Shown piece after piece: positions 61,861 through 64,000 of a DNA stretch of 64,000 nucleotides. Numbering within the stretch: position 1 is the first letter of the stretch; every line of letters starts with the position of its first letter. This stretch comes from Mesotaenium endlicherianum (lineage: Eukaryota): the NCBI GenBank assembly GCA_009602735.1, contig WELA01003606.1:142770-206769 (forward strand), given 5' to 3'. Both the position numbers and the translations under genes were made by a program. A model generated the notes under the pieces. The model was not told where the DNA came from. It did not search any database and saw only the letters and a program-made list of their open reading frames with translations.

Positions 61861-63902
61861 GGCGAGCATGCACGTGCACACACGTCGTGCACGTGTGTGA
61901 TGACACGTGGTCCTTATAGTACTCCTGTCAAAGCCGGTCGCAGACCATGCCCTCCGACTCTTCCAGAACGTACACGTGGCGAATTTTCAGTTGGCGACCA
62001 CCCTGACCCCAGAGACGGGAAGGGCATAGGTGAGGCATAGGGACGTGGAAACACAAGTACCGTGCGCGCATGCCATGCTTCAGCACGTTGCTCCTCAGCC
62101 ACCTGCCCGAGTGCGCGCGAGCGCGCCCATGTACGCACCTATTTCTGAGCAAAAGCACGTAGCAAGAGCAGCTTACATGCAACAACACAGACAAGCGCAA
62201 CATTGCCAGCAAAAAGGAGCTCATTTCCCCCTCCATCTCAGAAACCTTCTCTGCCAGGGGAGGGGCTGGGGGGCCGGTGCTCACACCCTCCCTCATCCTG
62301 GAAAGAGTATGGCAAGGTCGTGGTGCATAGCCAGCTGGCACAAGTGTGTGTCAGGTACCTTGAGGAGGTGCAGAAGAACGTCGTGGAGGGTGACGCCCTG
62401 CGCCGATCGCCCGCTCGCTTCCATCAGCACTTCTGCGTGCTTCTCCAAAATAGCCCTGCACCCACAAGAGTGAGAAGGTGGAGCGCCCCCCCCCCCCCCA
62501 CAAGAGGTGGTGGGTAAGACATGATGCATCTGCAACATGGGCCCGCCAAAACGGAGGAGAGCGGTAGGGGGGGAGGGGAGGGGGTGGGGAGAGAAAGGAG
62601 GGGGCCCAACAAGCTGCCGTGTTGAGCACAATGCAGCAGACGGCGGCGACGACAACGGCACAATGCACCACCAGCTCTTCCTTCGATTTGCTTGAAGCGG
62701 GAGAGCACCTGACAGGTGGCATCAGTGAAAGCTGCTGACGTCGTTCACGGCTTTGTTCAGCACAAGAGAGAAAGAGTGAGCGCACCCGGCAGGTGCTTAT
62801 GGTGAAGCTGAGTTCGCGCGTGAGACTGGCCTACAGGGCAAAGGGGGCTAAGGGGGCAAAGCTAGGGTTCAGGATATGGTGGGTGGGTACCTGTAGCAGG
62901 CAGCTTGGTATGTCGTCAGATCGGCTCCAACCCACGCCTCCCAAAACGCCGGGATCTGGGTGGTGGTGGTGGGGACCACGTCCTTGAACGTCCGCCGCAG
63001 GTACACATCCCAGAGGGAGCCCCCGCCGCCAGCTAGCTCGGGAGTCTTGTCCCTCCTGCCCCCAAGGAGCCTGCTGCTGTGCCTGCTCCACGGCATTGCC
63101 GCCGGCGCTGGTGCTGGCGCTAATCCTGATGGAGAGGAGGACGAGCCAGCAAGAGGCAGGGGCTCAGGAACCCCTATGAAGAGTGCCAGGTCGCGTCGGG
63201 CAGCTTCCTCGTCCTGCAGGTCGAGCACACGCGCTTCCACGCCAAAGAGTGAGTGCGCAAATGGATCCCGACACTTAGACAGTCGTACGCCTGCACAAGC
63301 TGAATGGCTCAGAAAGGCCATCTTCTGCAGCCACCCAAAGGACCACGTGGGCTGCTGCTGCTGCGAGATACAACTCCCACCTATACCGGCAGGATGGCGG
63401 GACCTGCCTATTGCTTTCCTGGAGAAGGCAGTCTCTGGAATTTGACAACAGCCTAGCCTACCTATCTAGGTAAGGTGAGAACGTAGCAGCACCAGCACCC
63501 CTGACTGTTGCATGTACGTTGGGAAGGAAGCAAGCGCATGCACCACAGAACCAACGCACTGCAATTGGTCGGCGATATTTGCGCGGTTGCCAGGGCCATG
63601 GCCACACGCTCATCTCTTCCTCGTAGCCCAAAAATCTATGAGATTCTCAATTACGCACGAGTGTCATGTCAAGCATGCATTCATGCGTGCACAGGAGGCA
63701 GCTACGCCTGCTGCGTGGAAGTGGGAAGGGGGGGGGGAGGGGGAAAGCGGAAACTCACGGAGCAAGGGAAGGGAGTGAGGAAGAGGCGGAAGGGGGCCAG
63801 CAGCGCGCCAAATGTCGGCTCCACAAAGCCCTGCAGCGGCCGGGCGGCGCTCTCCTGCACCACCACGGCCTGCCACCTGTGCGACTGAAGTGCAGCCATG
63901 CC
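53302..63902 (-). CDS. MOM1: MOM1-like (MORPHEUS' MOLECULE 1, CHD3-derived) silencing factor; 5' part outside the window. Predicted exons: 63902-63759, 63360-62891, 62455-62359, 61772-61530, 61182-60913, 60584-~58553, 58285-57852, 57289-57191, 56477-53856, 53607-53302
   Basis: GT-AG introns with consistent phases. Degenerate SNF2 blocks: RWQAVVVQE, WEAWVGADLTTYQAACYRAIL, LLKCCGHPYL, GGKLRVLDSIL, KVLIISQ, IDTVVLFDS, LRLFTRGTAEERLL, ACQSLLQWG. CMM1-like: EIRRLCSSLRMPE..LAGIELSMCWLAA..DEEASLAAAK. CMM2-like: PLEAEELRL..coiled-coil..HRWLADAVR. Matched from memory of plant MOM1, not by search. Confidence 0.82.
56714..56772. repeat. (GC)n(GT)n intronic microsatellite
   Basis: Read directly from the sequence. 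Confidence 0.95.
60713..60753. repeat. (GC)n(GT)n intronic microsatellite
   Basis: Read directly from the sequence. Confidence 0.95.
61833..61860. repeat. (CA)n intronic microsatellite
   Basis: Read directly from the sequence. Confidence 0.95.
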
Positions 63903-64000
63903 CTGATGAGCCATTTCACAGAGGAGAGAGAGAGACGAAGGCACGACACGCGTCCGGCGGCTGATTAGAGCGCGAGGGCAGCAGGAGGCCCGGCTCCCCA

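Noticed and set aside
53665..63968. Many long plus-strand and alternate-frame ORFs
   Set aside because: Shadow ORFs of GC-rich, low-complexity MOM1-like exons and intron microsatellites.

Overview
Eukaryotic, plant-lineage DNA in two blocks. Bases 1-47359 are a deeply nested island of Ty3/Gypsy chromovirus-type LTR retrotransposons. I label the families A-E. Family A has four internal domains (A1-A4) plus solo and partial LTRs, family B has two (B1, B2), and C, D and E occur only as LTRs. All internal domains are decayed. The nesting order can be reconstructed from 5-bp TSDs: B2 lies in the LTR of A2, A2 in B1, B1 in A1, and A1 in an older A LTR. The main novelty is that every family-A element carries a ~550-aa accessory ORF ('ORF3') after the chromodomain integrase, and I cannot assign it to a known family. 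ORF3 is preceded by a conserved 106-108 nt GT-AG intron ending at CAG|G-ATG and by a TGACAG cluster, and it is bracketed by duplicated PPT-like 14-mers. It occurs as two strongly diverged alleles on near-identical gag-pol backbones. Families A and B both show clear -1 ribosomal frameshift signals. Bases ~49800-64000 hold two convergent host genes. One is a 772-aa multi-AT-hook ORF (+). The other is the 3' ~2200 codons of a MOM1-like gene (-) with a degenerate SNF2 domain, CMM1 and CMM2, whose 5' part lies beyond the window. The GC-rich exons and microsatellite-rich introns suggest a non-seed streptophyte, possibly an alga (inference only). All alignments and counts were done by eye; no searches were run.
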